This document shows, piece by piece, positions 36,126 to 44,465 of a DNA stretch of 64,000 bases. Below the pieces are notes generated by a model. The model ran no database searches. It was given only the letters and a program-made list of their open reading frames with translations, and was not told the DNA's origin. Within the stretch, counting starts at the first letter, position 1, and each line of letters opens with the position of its first letter. The stretch comes from Oscillospiraceae bacterium (GTDB taxonomy: Bacteria > Bacillota > Clostridia > Oscillospirales > Ruminococcaceae), in contig WRCY01000004.1 of NCBI GenBank assembly GCA_009783695.1, positions 8 through 64,007 on the forward strand, written 5' to 3'. Both the position numbers and the translations under genes were made by a program.

Positions 36126-37136
36126 TTACAAATTTATTACAATATCCGACAAATTTAATAAAATCTGTTCCTCCCTGCCGGTGTTTGCGTTTATATAAAC
36201 GAAAACCTGCCGTCCGTCCTCGGAGAAACACCTGAATTCATAACAAAAAACATCGCCGGCGGTTATGCACAGCTTTGCGCTCTCAACTGTAAGCAGCGGC
36301 GAAATCAATGCCCGCGCCTCTTCAATGCTTAAAGCCGGCTCGCCGACGTCGCGCCCCGTGGGGTGATGATTCGCGAGCCAGTCGCGCTTGTCAACGCTCA
36401 GAACCTCGCCCGTGTCCATAGCGACGGCGACCCTGATAAAATCGGGATAAAGTGTGATGCCTGCCTGCGCTCCCGCAAAGTAAACTATACACACATCATC
36501 ATGAATTTCGTGGAAAATCTCGACGACTCTTATTATCCCGAGCCTTTCAAGATATATTTCAGCCGCTCTCACCGCCTGTGTGGCGGTGATTCGCCGGACT
36601 TCGACCTCGCGGTAGCCGAGCATGTAGCTTAAGTGCCCGCCCGCTTTTGTAACCGCAATCGTCGTGCTTGAGTTCGCGAAAACATAAGACGGCATGCCGC
36701 CGGCTTCCTCGCTTATCAGCGCGAGGTTCGGCGCGCCGGATATGCCCGTTGCTATTTCAAGCGCCTCCGCTTCGCTTATAATCTGCCCGCCGCTCAGCAT
36801 CAAAGGCTCTTTCTGCGTTATGATTTTAATTTCATCGCAGCTCGTTTCACCGTTTTGCATTTTGTCGGAAGTGCTCGCCGCGTAGTTATAAAGCTCTGCG
36901 AGAAGCTCACCTTTCATCTGCGAACAGTTGCTGTACCGGACTTTGAGCAGCGTTTCCTCTATGCTTTCAAGGCAGTGCGAAAACTCGGCGGCAGCGCGCA
37001 TTTGGCTGCCGTGAAGCTCGATTCTTACGCATTTTACTTCAGCGCTCTCCGTTATAACAGTAACCGCAAGAGCGGCGATAATCGCTGCCGGAAACGCAAT
37101 AATACGCACCAGCACCCGTTTTGATATGTTAAACAT
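36126..37136 (-). CDS. ypeB: YpeB-like germination protein (PepSY domains)
   Basis: N-terminal TM segment. The C-terminus ...CYEFRCFSEDGRQVFVYINANTGREEQIL resembles the YpeB signature. Start at 37136 follows the cassette. Confidence 0.7.
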   Translation of the reverse strand: MFNISKRVLVRIIAFPAAIIAALAVTVITESAEVKCVRIELHGSQMRAAAEFSHCLESIEETLLKVRYSNCSQMKGELLAELYNYAASTSDKMQNGETSCDEIKIITQKEPLMLSGGQIISEAEALEIATGISGAPNLALISEEAGGMPSYVFANSSTTIAVTKAGGHLSYMLGYREVEVRRITATQAVRAAEIYLERLGIIRVVEIFHEIHDDVCIVYFAGAQAGITLYPDFIRVAVAMDTGEVLSVDKRDWLANHHPTGRDVGEPALSIEEARALISPLLTVESAKLCITAGDVFCYEFRCFSEDGRQVFVYINANTGREEQILLNLSDIVINL

Positions 37137-37214
37137 ATTTTCAATAAGTCCTTTCTTCACCGGCGAAAAATGAAAACAGCGTTTTCCCCGGCTCAGTATC
37201 ATTTATTTTCAACC
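37137..37214 (-). repeat. Leader cassette copy LC11 (near-consensus)
   Basis: Reverse complement: GGTTGAAAATAAATGATACTGAGCCGGGGAAAACGCTGTTTTCATTTTTCGCCGGTGAAGAAAGGACTTATTGAAAATATG. Confidence 0.88.
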
Positions 37215-37266
37215 TTAAAATCCTTCCGTTTTTCCTATTTTTTCACAAAACTTTTTAAATATACTA

Positions 37267-37544
37267 TTTGAAATTAACACGAGTTGTGGTATAATGGTTT
37301 TATAATTGAAGTAAATTCTGCATTAACGGGGAAAACGATGTTTTCATTTTTCGTTTGAAATTAACAAGAGCTATAGTATAATGGGTTTATGATTAAACCC
37401 TGCATTAACGGGCAAAATGTTGTTTTCATTTTTCTTTTGAAATTAACACGAGCTATAATGTAATGGGTTTATGATTAAATCCTGCATTAAGGGGGAAAAC
37501 GTTATTTTCATTTTTCACCCATGAACAAAGGACTTATTGAAAAT
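37267..37544 (+). repeat. Three tandem promoter-plus-leader units (periods 87 and 82 bp), LC12
   Basis: Each unit reads TTGAAA-16 nt-TATAAT (37268/37290 and 37355/37377; third unit TTGAAA at 37437 with TGTAAT at 37459), followed by CATTAACGGGGAAAACGATGTTTTCATTTTTC. Only the last unit continues into AAAGGACTTATTGAAAATATG. Confidence 0.85.
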
Positions 37545-38660
37545 ATGATTTATTTTGATAACGCCGCTTCAACCAAGCCGTGCAGGGAGGCGACTGAAGC
37601 TTTTGCCCGTGCCGCAGCCCATAATTATGCCAATCCGTCCTCGCTGCACAAGGGCGGGATTGAAGCCGAAAAAATCATCAGTGCGGCAAGGAAAGCGATT
37701 CTCCGGGAGCTGCCGGGCGGCGGCAGTCTCGTCTTTACGTCCGGCGGGACTGAAAGCAATAACCTCGCGCTGCTGGGCATAAAAGCCCCGAAAGGTGAAA
37801 AACAACGCAAAATTATAACCACCGCGATCGAGCACCCGTCGGTTGCCAATCCGCTTGATAAAATTGAGCAGGACGGCTTTTCAGGCTTGTATTCAGCGAC
37901 TGTTCTGCGGCTTTCGCCGGCTGCGGGACAAAGCTTCGAGGACAGGATTATCGCCGCCGTTGACCAGGACGTGCACATGATTAGCGTGATGGCGGTCAAC
38001 AGCGAAACCGGCTTTATCATCGACACGGTTAAAATATACGAGGCGGTGAAGAGCCGCTTCCCGAAATGTATCGTGCATACCGACGCCGTGCAGGGCTTCA
38101 TGAAAATCCCCGTAAACGGAGATTTAATCAGCATCAGCGCGCATAAAATCCACGGCATTAAAGGCGTGGGCGGGCTGTTTGTGCGGGATAATATAAGGCT
38201 CAGCCCGCTTTATTACGGCGGCGGGCAGCAGGGCGGACTGCGCCCGGGCACCGAGCCTGCCGAGCTGATTGCTGCTTTCGGCGCGGCGGTGGAAAATTAT
38301 AACTATAATCACACGCATTTCACGCAGCTTTCAAAGCATTTATCGAAACTTTTGGAGGATTTCGACGGTGTTAATTATAAGCGCAACAGCCGCGATAATC
38401 TGCCACACATCGTAAATTTCTCGGTAAACGGCGTGAAAAGCGAGATTCTACTGCACTGCTTAGCTGAAAGCGATATATTTGTGTCGAGCGGCTCGGCATG
38501 CGCGAGAGGCAAAAAAAGCCCGTCCCTGCTTGCGTTCGGCGTAAAGGAAAAGGACGCGGACAGCGCGCTGCGCCTCAGCTTCTCGCATGAGAACAACACA
38601 GATGAAATTGAGAAGTTTGTTGAAGTGTTAAAAGCGGGAATTAAAAGATTTAAAAGATAG
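37545..38660 (+). CDS. Cysteine desulfurase (NifS/IscS/NifZ family, class V aminotransferase)
   Basis: FTSGGTESNN, the PLP lysine in SAHKIHG and the active-site SSGSAC. Paired with thiI, as NifZ-ThiI are in Bacillus. Confidence 0.92.
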   Translation: MIYFDNAASTKPCREATEAFARAAAHNYANPSSLHKGGIEAEKIISAARKAILRELPGGGSLVFTSGGTESNNLALLGIKAPKGEKQRKIITTAIEHPSVANPLDKIEQDGFSGLYSATVLRLSPAAGQSFEDRIIAAVDQDVHMISVMAVNSETGFIIDTVKIYEAVKSRFPKCIVHTDAVQGFMKIPVNGDLISISAHKIHGIKGVGGLFVRDNIRLSPLYYGGGQQGGLRPGTEPAELIAAFGAAVENYNYNHTHFTQLSKHLSKLLEDFDGVNYKRNSRDNLPHIVNFSVNGVKSEILLHCLAESDIFVSSGSACARGKKSPSLLAFGVKEKDADSALRLSFSHENNTDEIEKFVEVLKAGIKRFKR

Positions 38661-38908
38661 TATTTATAAACTCATGGTTATCCACCGTTATTAGTCGGGG
38701 AGAACGATACTTTAAAAGTATTATTCTTTAGGGAAGATAATATTTATAAACTCATGGCTATCCACCGTTGTTAGTCGGGGAGAACGATACTTTAAAAGTA
38801 TTATTCTTTAGGGAAGATAATATTTATAAACTCATTGTTATCCACCGTTGTTAGTCGGGGAGAACGGTACTTTAAAATACTCTTTCACTTAGGAAGGACT
38901 TATTAAAA
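38661..38908 (+). repeat. Three exact-period 80-bp tandem repeats (divergent leader-cassette subfamily, LC13)
   Basis: Units start at 38661, 38741 and 38821 (tatttataaactcatggttatccaccgtt.ttagtcggggagaacgatactttaaaagtattattctttagggaagataa). The third unit ends in AGGAAGGACTTATTAAAAATG. Confidence 0.9.
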
Positions 38909-40102
38909 ATGGAAGTTTTTATGGCAAAATACGGCGAAATCGCCCTCAAAGGTAATAATAAGCGGTTCTTTGAGGAACGTATGGTTAAAAATATAAAACG
39001 CCGGCTGGCAGCACCGCTTTCAAACGGCGCAATATTAGGCGAGTTTACTTATGAACGCGCACAGTCCACACTCTACATCACTCCAAGGTCGGCTGACACT
39101 GACTTTAACGAAATCGAGCGCCGTCTGCTCACGGTCTTCGGAATAGGCGCGGTGCAGCGCTCGCTCGCGCTACCCAAGGACTACGCAGAAATAGTCCGGC
39201 TCGGCGTGCCATACTTAGAAAAAGCGCTCAGGGGCGCGAAGACGTTTAAAGTCGAAGCCAAGCGCGCCGACAAGACTTTCCCGATGAACTCGATGGAGCT
39301 CATGCGGGAATTCGGCGGCGAAATCTGGGAAGCATATCAGAATAGGGACAGACCCCCGGAGGTTGACCTGCATAACCCCGACGTTACCGTCTACCTCGAA
39401 ATCCGCGACACGCACGCGTATCTGTGCCCGAACAGGCTGCAGGGCGCAGGCGGGATTCCGGTCGGCATGTCGGGTAAGGCGCTTGTACTGCTGTCGGGCG
39501 GCATCGACAGCCCTGTCGCCGCGTACATGATGGCAAAACGCGGCATGAGCCTGGATATGCTGCACTTTCAAAGCCCGCCGTATACCTCAGAGCGCGCCCT
39601 GATGAAAGTCGAAAGCCTTTGCGAAAAGCTCGCGGAATATTGCGGTGAAATCAATCTTTTCTGCGTAAATCTGACCGAGGCTCAGGAAGACATCCGCGAC
39701 AATGCGCCGGAAGAATACATGACGGTTTTGCTGCGGCGCGCGATGTTCAAGGCTGCTGCAAGCCTGTGCGGGCACAGGCACTACTGCGCAATCATCACAG
39801 GCGAGAGCGTCGGGCAGGTAGCGAGCCAGACGCCCGCCGCAATAATATGTACCGACGACGCTTCTCCTCTACCCGTTTACCGTCCGGTCATCGGCATGGA
39901 TAAAATCGAAATCACTGCAACGGCGCGCAAAATCGGCACCTTTGACATTTCGACTCTGCCTTATGAAGACTGCTGCACGGTGTTCACGCCGCGCCGCCCG
40001 AAGCTGAAGCCGTTCCTCAGTGACGTCCTCAAGCTGGAAACCCGCTTAAACAGCAGTTTAATTCAAAAAGCTGTAGAAAACATAACTGTAAAAACTTTCT
40101 AA
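38909..40102 (+). CDS. thiI: tRNA 4-thiouridine(8) synthase ThiI
   Basis: YGEIALKGNN (THUMP N-terminus) and the PP-loop LLSGGIDSPVA. Confidence 0.93.
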   Translation: MEVFMAKYGEIALKGNNKRFFEERMVKNIKRRLAAPLSNGAILGEFTYERAQSTLYITPRSADTDFNEIERRLLTVFGIGAVQRSLALPKDYAEIVRLGVPYLEKALRGAKTFKVEAKRADKTFPMNSMELMREFGGEIWEAYQNRDRPPEVDLHNPDVTVYLEIRDTHAYLCPNRLQGAGGIPVGMSGKALVLLSGGIDSPVAAYMMAKRGMSLDMLHFQSPPYTSERALMKVESLCEKLAEYCGEINLFCVNLTEAQEDIRDNAPEEYMTVLLRRAMFKAAASLCGHRHYCAIITGESVGQVASQTPAAIICTDDASPLPVYRPVIGMDKIEITATARKIGTFDISTLPYEDCCTVFTPRRPKLKPFLSDVLKLETRLNSSLIQKAVENITVKTF

Positions 40103-40122
40103 GAATCGGAATATTTGACAAT

Positions 40123-40608
40123 ATGCATTATAATCTTGACAAATCGGCACAAAATGTAGTACAATTATTATGTGCGCGCGGACTTACGCTGACCACAGCC
40201 GAAAGCTGCACGGGCGGCTTGCTGTCGGGCGCTGTTACCGCCATTCCCGGCAGCTCCGGGGTTTTCGGATGCGGTATCATCGCTTACGCCAACGAGGTTA
40301 AGGAACAGCTGCTCGGCGTAAAGCCGGAAACTCTGGCGGAATTCGGCGCGGTCAGCGCGGAGTGCGCGGCAGAAATGGCGCGGGGCGCGCAGAAAACCGC
40401 GAATACAGAAGTAGCGATTTCAATCACCGGTATCGCCGGCCCCGGCGGGGGAACGCCGGAAAAACCCGTAGGAACAGTATTTCTCGCATGTATTAATAAA
40501 AACAAAATCAACATATTACATTTACAAATAAACAGTACTGACAGACATTATATAAGATTAGAATCAGTCAGGCAAGCTTTGATTCTGATGCTTAATACGT
40601 TAAATTAA
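40123..40608 (+). CDS. pncC: CinA C-terminal domain / nicotinamide-nucleotide amidohydrolase PncC-like
   Basis: TTAESCTGGLL...SGVF..G...Y.NE.K...LGV motif; 161 aa. Confidence 0.88.
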   Translation: MHYNLDKSAQNVVQLLCARGLTLTTAESCTGGLLSGAVTAIPGSSGVFGCGIIAYANEVKEQLLGVKPETLAEFGAVSAECAAEMARGAQKTANTEVAISITGIAGPGGGTPEKPVGTVFLACINKNKINILHLQINSTDRHYIRLESVRQALILMLNTLN

Positions 40609-40662
40609 AACAATTCGCAAAGCGAACACGACAATTGTTCATTATTCATTATTAATTATTAA
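40609..40662. repeat. Repeat family 3 (hairpin plus ATTATT tail)
   Basis: ttcgcaaagcgaa hairpin, then cacgacaattgttcattattcattattaattattaac. Confidence 0.5.
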
Positions 40663-40673
40663 CTGGAGTTATT

Positions 40674-41777
40674 ATGGCGACAATAGCTTACAACACAAGA
40701 CCGCGCCCCGCCGGAATCTACATCAACGGCAAAAAGCGCAGCGGCTTCACGCGCTTTATTATGCGCCTTTTCCCGTGGAAAGGCGACAGCGTGTTTGAAA
40801 TAGTGCGCAAGACCATCTTTCTCATTGCGCTCATCGCGCTGATTTACTTCGGAGGCGGAGAACTCTTCATTTTCGGGAACGACCTTTATCAACAGTACAA
40901 AATCGACCAGAAGCTGTCCGGCTTCTGGAATCCCAATATTTCCGAAGAAATGCGCGAGCAGGCCAACCAGGGCAGGCAGCTTCCGATGCTCGACGAGTAT
41001 ATCGAGCACTGGAGCTTTAACAATGACCTTATAGGGCATATATTAATTCCCGATATGACCTCCACCCTGCCTTACACCGACCACAACCGCCATATAATGA
41101 ATTACCTTGTGTACCAGACCACCGACAATGAATATTACCTCAATCATAATTTTGACGGCTCAAGAAGCGCGGGCGGCTCTATTTTCGCAGACCGCCGCCA
41201 TAACTTCGCAGACGACGGTATTCTCCCGGGAAACACCGTGCTTTACGGGCATAATATCTACACGGGAAATATGTTCGCCAAAGTCGCGGATTATTATAAA
41301 GCCTACTACTACGGAAACGGCACATCTTATTATCAAAGGCATCCGATTGTGCATTTTAATACGCTTTATGAGAGGCACGACTGGAAAATTTTCGCCGTTG
41401 TTTTATTTAATACTGATGAAAGATACGGCGAAGTATATAACTATCATACAGTTCATGAATTTAGGGATGCAGACCATTTTCACACTTATATTTTAGACAT
41501 CATGGACAGGAGCGTGCTTTTCACTGATGTTAACTTACAGTACGGCGACCATATCCTGACGCTTTCCACCTGCTTCTGGCCTCAGACCGAGGCGGAACGC
41601 GCGGTTGTTTTCGCCCGCAGGGTACGCGACGGGGAAAGTTTATTCGTTGATGTTGAAAAAGCGGAAATAAACAAAAAGTTCCTGCCTTATGAATTGCAGG
41701 CAAGAGCCTACGGAAGCAACTGGACCGGAAGGGTCTGGGATTATGAAACGTATCTTTTAAGTTACGAAGAAGAGTAG
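40674..41777 (+). CDS. srtB: Class B sortase-like transpeptidase, paralog 1 (long N-terminal extension)
   Basis: N-terminal FPWKGD motif plus a TM segment. Catalytic motifs VLYGHNI, LTLSTC and VVFARRVR. Confidence 0.82.
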   Translation: MATIAYNTRPRPAGIYINGKKRSGFTRFIMRLFPWKGDSVFEIVRKTIFLIALIALIYFGGGELFIFGNDLYQQYKIDQKLSGFWNPNISEEMREQANQGRQLPMLDEYIEHWSFNNDLIGHILIPDMTSTLPYTDHNRHIMNYLVYQTTDNEYYLNHNFDGSRSAGGSIFADRRHNFADDGILPGNTVLYGHNIYTGNMFAKVADYYKAYYYGNGTSYYQRHPIVHFNTLYERHDWKIFAVVLFNTDERYGEVYNYHTVHEFRDADHFHTYILDIMDRSVLFTDVNLQYGDHILTLSTCFWPQTEAERAVVFARRVRDGESLFVDVEKAEINKKFLPYELQARAYGSNWTGRVWDYETYLLSYEEE

Positions 41778-41823
41778 TTGCTTATATTAGTATTATGAAG
41801 TAAAAATGAAAGGATAAGTTCTT

Positions 41824-43137
41824 ATGGCTGATATACTTCAAGAGATATTAGACGAAGTAGAAAGCAGAAAAGCAGGAACAGATAAACCTAAACCTAAGGT
41901 GGAGCCTTATTTAGTGGAGGTATTGCCTGTCTTCCCCGACGACTCGGACGATGTAATTCCGCACGGCGGCATAAGGAAGTTCTTAAAATCACTCCTGCCC
42001 GGCAAAGCAGACCCCCCGCTCGAAATCATGCGGAAAGTCATCTTCGCGGTTTCTCTTGCAGTGGCGGCAATCTGCCTTGTGCTGATTCTCGGCAATAGCC
42101 TTGAGGGGCGAAAACACAGCGCTACATATGATGAGCTAAGGAATGGGATGGAGCAGTCCGCCATGCTGTTCGAGCTGTCGGGAAGCGTCTATCTGCCTGC
42201 CGAAGCCGTCGCGGTCATGCTCACCCGCGACCCCGAGGCGCTGCGCGCATACGCGCATGAGCTCGCCGAAATCATCGAGCTCTCCCCTGAACGGATTCTT
42301 GAAATACTTATCGAAAAGCCCGGAATCCTCCCGCAGTTCATCACTACATACGACAGGAATCCCGACCTCATCGGCTGGGTGAAAATCGACGGGACAAAAA
42401 TCGACTACCCCGTGTTGCAAAACCTTGAGGACAACCATTATTATCTTGATTATTCAATCGACCACGTGCGGACGATGCACGGCTCCGTTTATGCAGACTG
42501 GCGCAATGCTTTTACCCCCGTTTCGCGCCCCGACAACACCATACTGTACGCGCACAACATGAACGACGGCTCGATGTTCCATCCCGTAGTGCGCTATTAC
42601 TCCTATTATTACGCCAACCCCGGGCACCTGCGGCACTATCACGCCCACCCTTTCATCGAATTCAGCACACTTTACGAGCACAATACCTACAAGGTTTTCG
42701 CCGCAATTTTCGTACATACCGAGGAAAATAAATACGACGATGTCTACGACTATTTCAGGAAGCGTGAGTTCGCCAGCCGCGCAGAGTTCTACGACTTCAT
42801 GCAGAACGTTATGGACAGAAGTTCGTTTTTCACCGACGTGGACGTTATGTACGGCGATGAAATACTGACGCTCTCCACCTGTCACTATCCGCTCGGCGAA
42901 AACATAGACGCGCGCGTCGCGGTGTTTGCGCGGCGGCTGCGCGAGGGAGAAAGCCCCGATGACTTTGATACCCTCGCCGCATGGGTTAACCCGAGCCCGC
43001 TTTATTTCAAGCTGTGGTATCAAAGGTTCGGCGGCTCGTGGGGCGGCAGGAACTGGGATACGGGCAAGGTTGCCGGCTTGGACGAGTATTTGCTTGAGTT
43101 TCCCGACGCGGACACGAGATTGCACTATCTGCATTAA
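41824..43137 (+). CDS. srtB: Class B sortase-like transpeptidase, paralog 2
   Basis: LLPGKAD motif plus a TM segment. ILYAHNM, LTLSTC, VAVFARRLR. Confidence 0.82.
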   Translation: MADILQEILDEVESRKAGTDKPKPKVEPYLVEVLPVFPDDSDDVIPHGGIRKFLKSLLPGKADPPLEIMRKVIFAVSLAVAAICLVLILGNSLEGRKHSATYDELRNGMEQSAMLFELSGSVYLPAEAVAVMLTRDPEALRAYAHELAEIIELSPERILEILIEKPGILPQFITTYDRNPDLIGWVKIDGTKIDYPVLQNLEDNHYYLDYSIDHVRTMHGSVYADWRNAFTPVSRPDNTILYAHNMNDGSMFHPVVRYYSYYYANPGHLRHYHAHPFIEFSTLYEHNTYKVFAAIFVHTEENKYDDVYDYFRKREFASRAEFYDFMQNVMDRSSFFTDVDVMYGDEILTLSTCHYPLGENIDARVAVFARRLREGESPDDFDTLAAWVNPSPLYFKLWYQRFGGSWGGRNWDTGKVAGLDEYLLEFPDADTRLHYLH

Positions 43138-43227
43138 ATTTCCTGTACCAATGTTTACTTAATTAATCAGCGCTACTGTAAAACGTAGATAAAATATTTA
43201 AAATTACTAAACGAGGTTGTACTTAAA

Positions 43228-44388
43228 ATGCCGGAGTTTGACAGAAGACCGAGAAGAAATTCCCGCAACAGAAAATTTCAAAGCGGCGGACAGCGGGTTG
43301 CAGTAAAACGCAAGGAAAACTTTGCCGTTTCTATTCTCAGCGGGCTCTTCCCGTGGAAAGGTGACAAAGTCGGCGATGTCGTAAGGAAAATAATCCTGCT
43401 CGCATCACTGGTTCTGCTCATCTGGGCAGGCATGCAAATCGTGGATTTCTATATCCTGCGCGACCTGCGCACGGACCGGGAACGGCAGGGGCTCGTCGAT
43501 ATCCGCAACAGCTATGCGGGCGAGGAGTTCTTTGAGATGAACATCTCGCAGCTGGGCGCCGCCTCCGACCTCACCACCGACGCAATTCGCGTAATAGGCG
43601 AATACTGGGAGTTCTACGAGATGAACAACGACTTCGTGGGCTGGCTCGAAATTTACCCGATTGTGCAGTATCCCGTCTATCAGGCGGACGATAACGAGTT
43701 TTATCTCAACCACAATCACGAAAAGTGGCCCACTACCAACGGTACTATTTTTGCCGACTGGGAGGGGCGGTTCACACCTTACGGGCGCCCGCACAACACG
43801 ATTATCTACGGGCACAACCTGCAGACCAAGAACCTCTTTCAACCGCTGCTCAACTACCGCCCGAACAACACGTCAAGCATGGACTCGTTCGAGTTTTTGA
43901 AGCTGAACCCGACGATTGTTTTCGACACGCTCTATGAGCGCGGAAACTATAAAATCTTCGGTGTTATTCAGACCAACGTAAGGCGGACGCAGGGCGATGT
44001 CTTCGATTACTGGAACTACGTATACTTCCGGAACAAGGCACACTTTGACAGCTTCGCGGCAGGTGTTCTCGACCGCAGCATGTATTATACAAACGTCGAC
44101 CTTGAATACGGCGATGAAATACTTATGCTCTCCACCTGCGACTTCTCGATGTTCGCCAACGGCGCGGACTCAAGCATCCGCCTTGTGGTGGTGGCACGGC
44201 GCGTCCGCGACAACGAGTTCGCCGGCTTTACGCCGGAGGAAATCGACGCCTTTATCGACAACCGCGGCGTCAACGAGCACGGGCAGCTCAACCGCAAGAT
44301 GTTCGAGTCGTATTACGATTTGCGGCACCCTGCCGGCTGGGCGGGGCGCAACTGGGATTTAAATTATATAAAAGATTTTGAGGGATAG
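43228..44388 (+). CDS. srtB: Class B sortase-like transpeptidase, paralog 3
   Basis: FPWKGD motif plus a TM segment. IIYGHNL, LMLSTC, LVVVARRVR. Confidence 0.82.
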   Translation: MPEFDRRPRRNSRNRKFQSGGQRVAVKRKENFAVSILSGLFPWKGDKVGDVVRKIILLASLVLLIWAGMQIVDFYILRDLRTDRERQGLVDIRNSYAGEEFFEMNISQLGAASDLTTDAIRVIGEYWEFYEMNNDFVGWLEIYPIVQYPVYQADDNEFYLNHNHEKWPTTNGTIFADWEGRFTPYGRPHNTIIYGHNLQTKNLFQPLLNYRPNNTSSMDSFEFLKLNPTIVFDTLYERGNYKIFGVIQTNVRRTQGDVFDYWNYVYFRNKAHFDSFAAGVLDRSMYYTNVDLEYGDEILMLSTCDFSMFANGADSSIRLVVVARRVRDNEFAGFTPEEIDAFIDNRGVNEHGQLNRKMFESYYDLRHPAGWAGRNWDLNYIKDFEG

Positions 44389-44392
44389 TATT

Positions 44393-44465
44393 ATTTGAAT
44401 AAAACCCTGTTCACGGGAAAATGTTATTTTCAAGAAATATTATGAGAAAAGGATTTACGGAAAAC
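44393..44465 (+). repeat. Leader cassette copy LC14
   Basis: TATTTGAATAAAACCC..TTCACGGGAAAATGTTATTTTCAAG...GAGAAAAGGATTTACGGAAAACATG. Confidence 0.75.

Noticed and set aside
37521-37544. N-terminal extensions such as MNKGLIEN, MILSRGKRCFHFSPVKKGLIEN, MNGKTKLFIPRPCRLVQKGLNEN, MKKGLIKN and MRKGLIN in the ORF track. Also seen at 61180-61248, 37137-37202, 56943-56966, 18628-18648 and 30850-30984.
   Set aside because: They are translations of the conserved leader cassette, and the similar peptides arise from conserved DNA. In relA the cassette-internal ATG is out of frame and hits a stop. The homologous protein N-termini begin at the downstream ATG.
38661-38908. Regularly spaced 80-bp repeats that could be mistaken for a CRISPR array.
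   Set aside because: The units are contiguous with no unique spacers. At 80 bp they are far longer than CRISPR repeats, and no cas genes are present. This is a tandem duplication of a leader-cassette variant.
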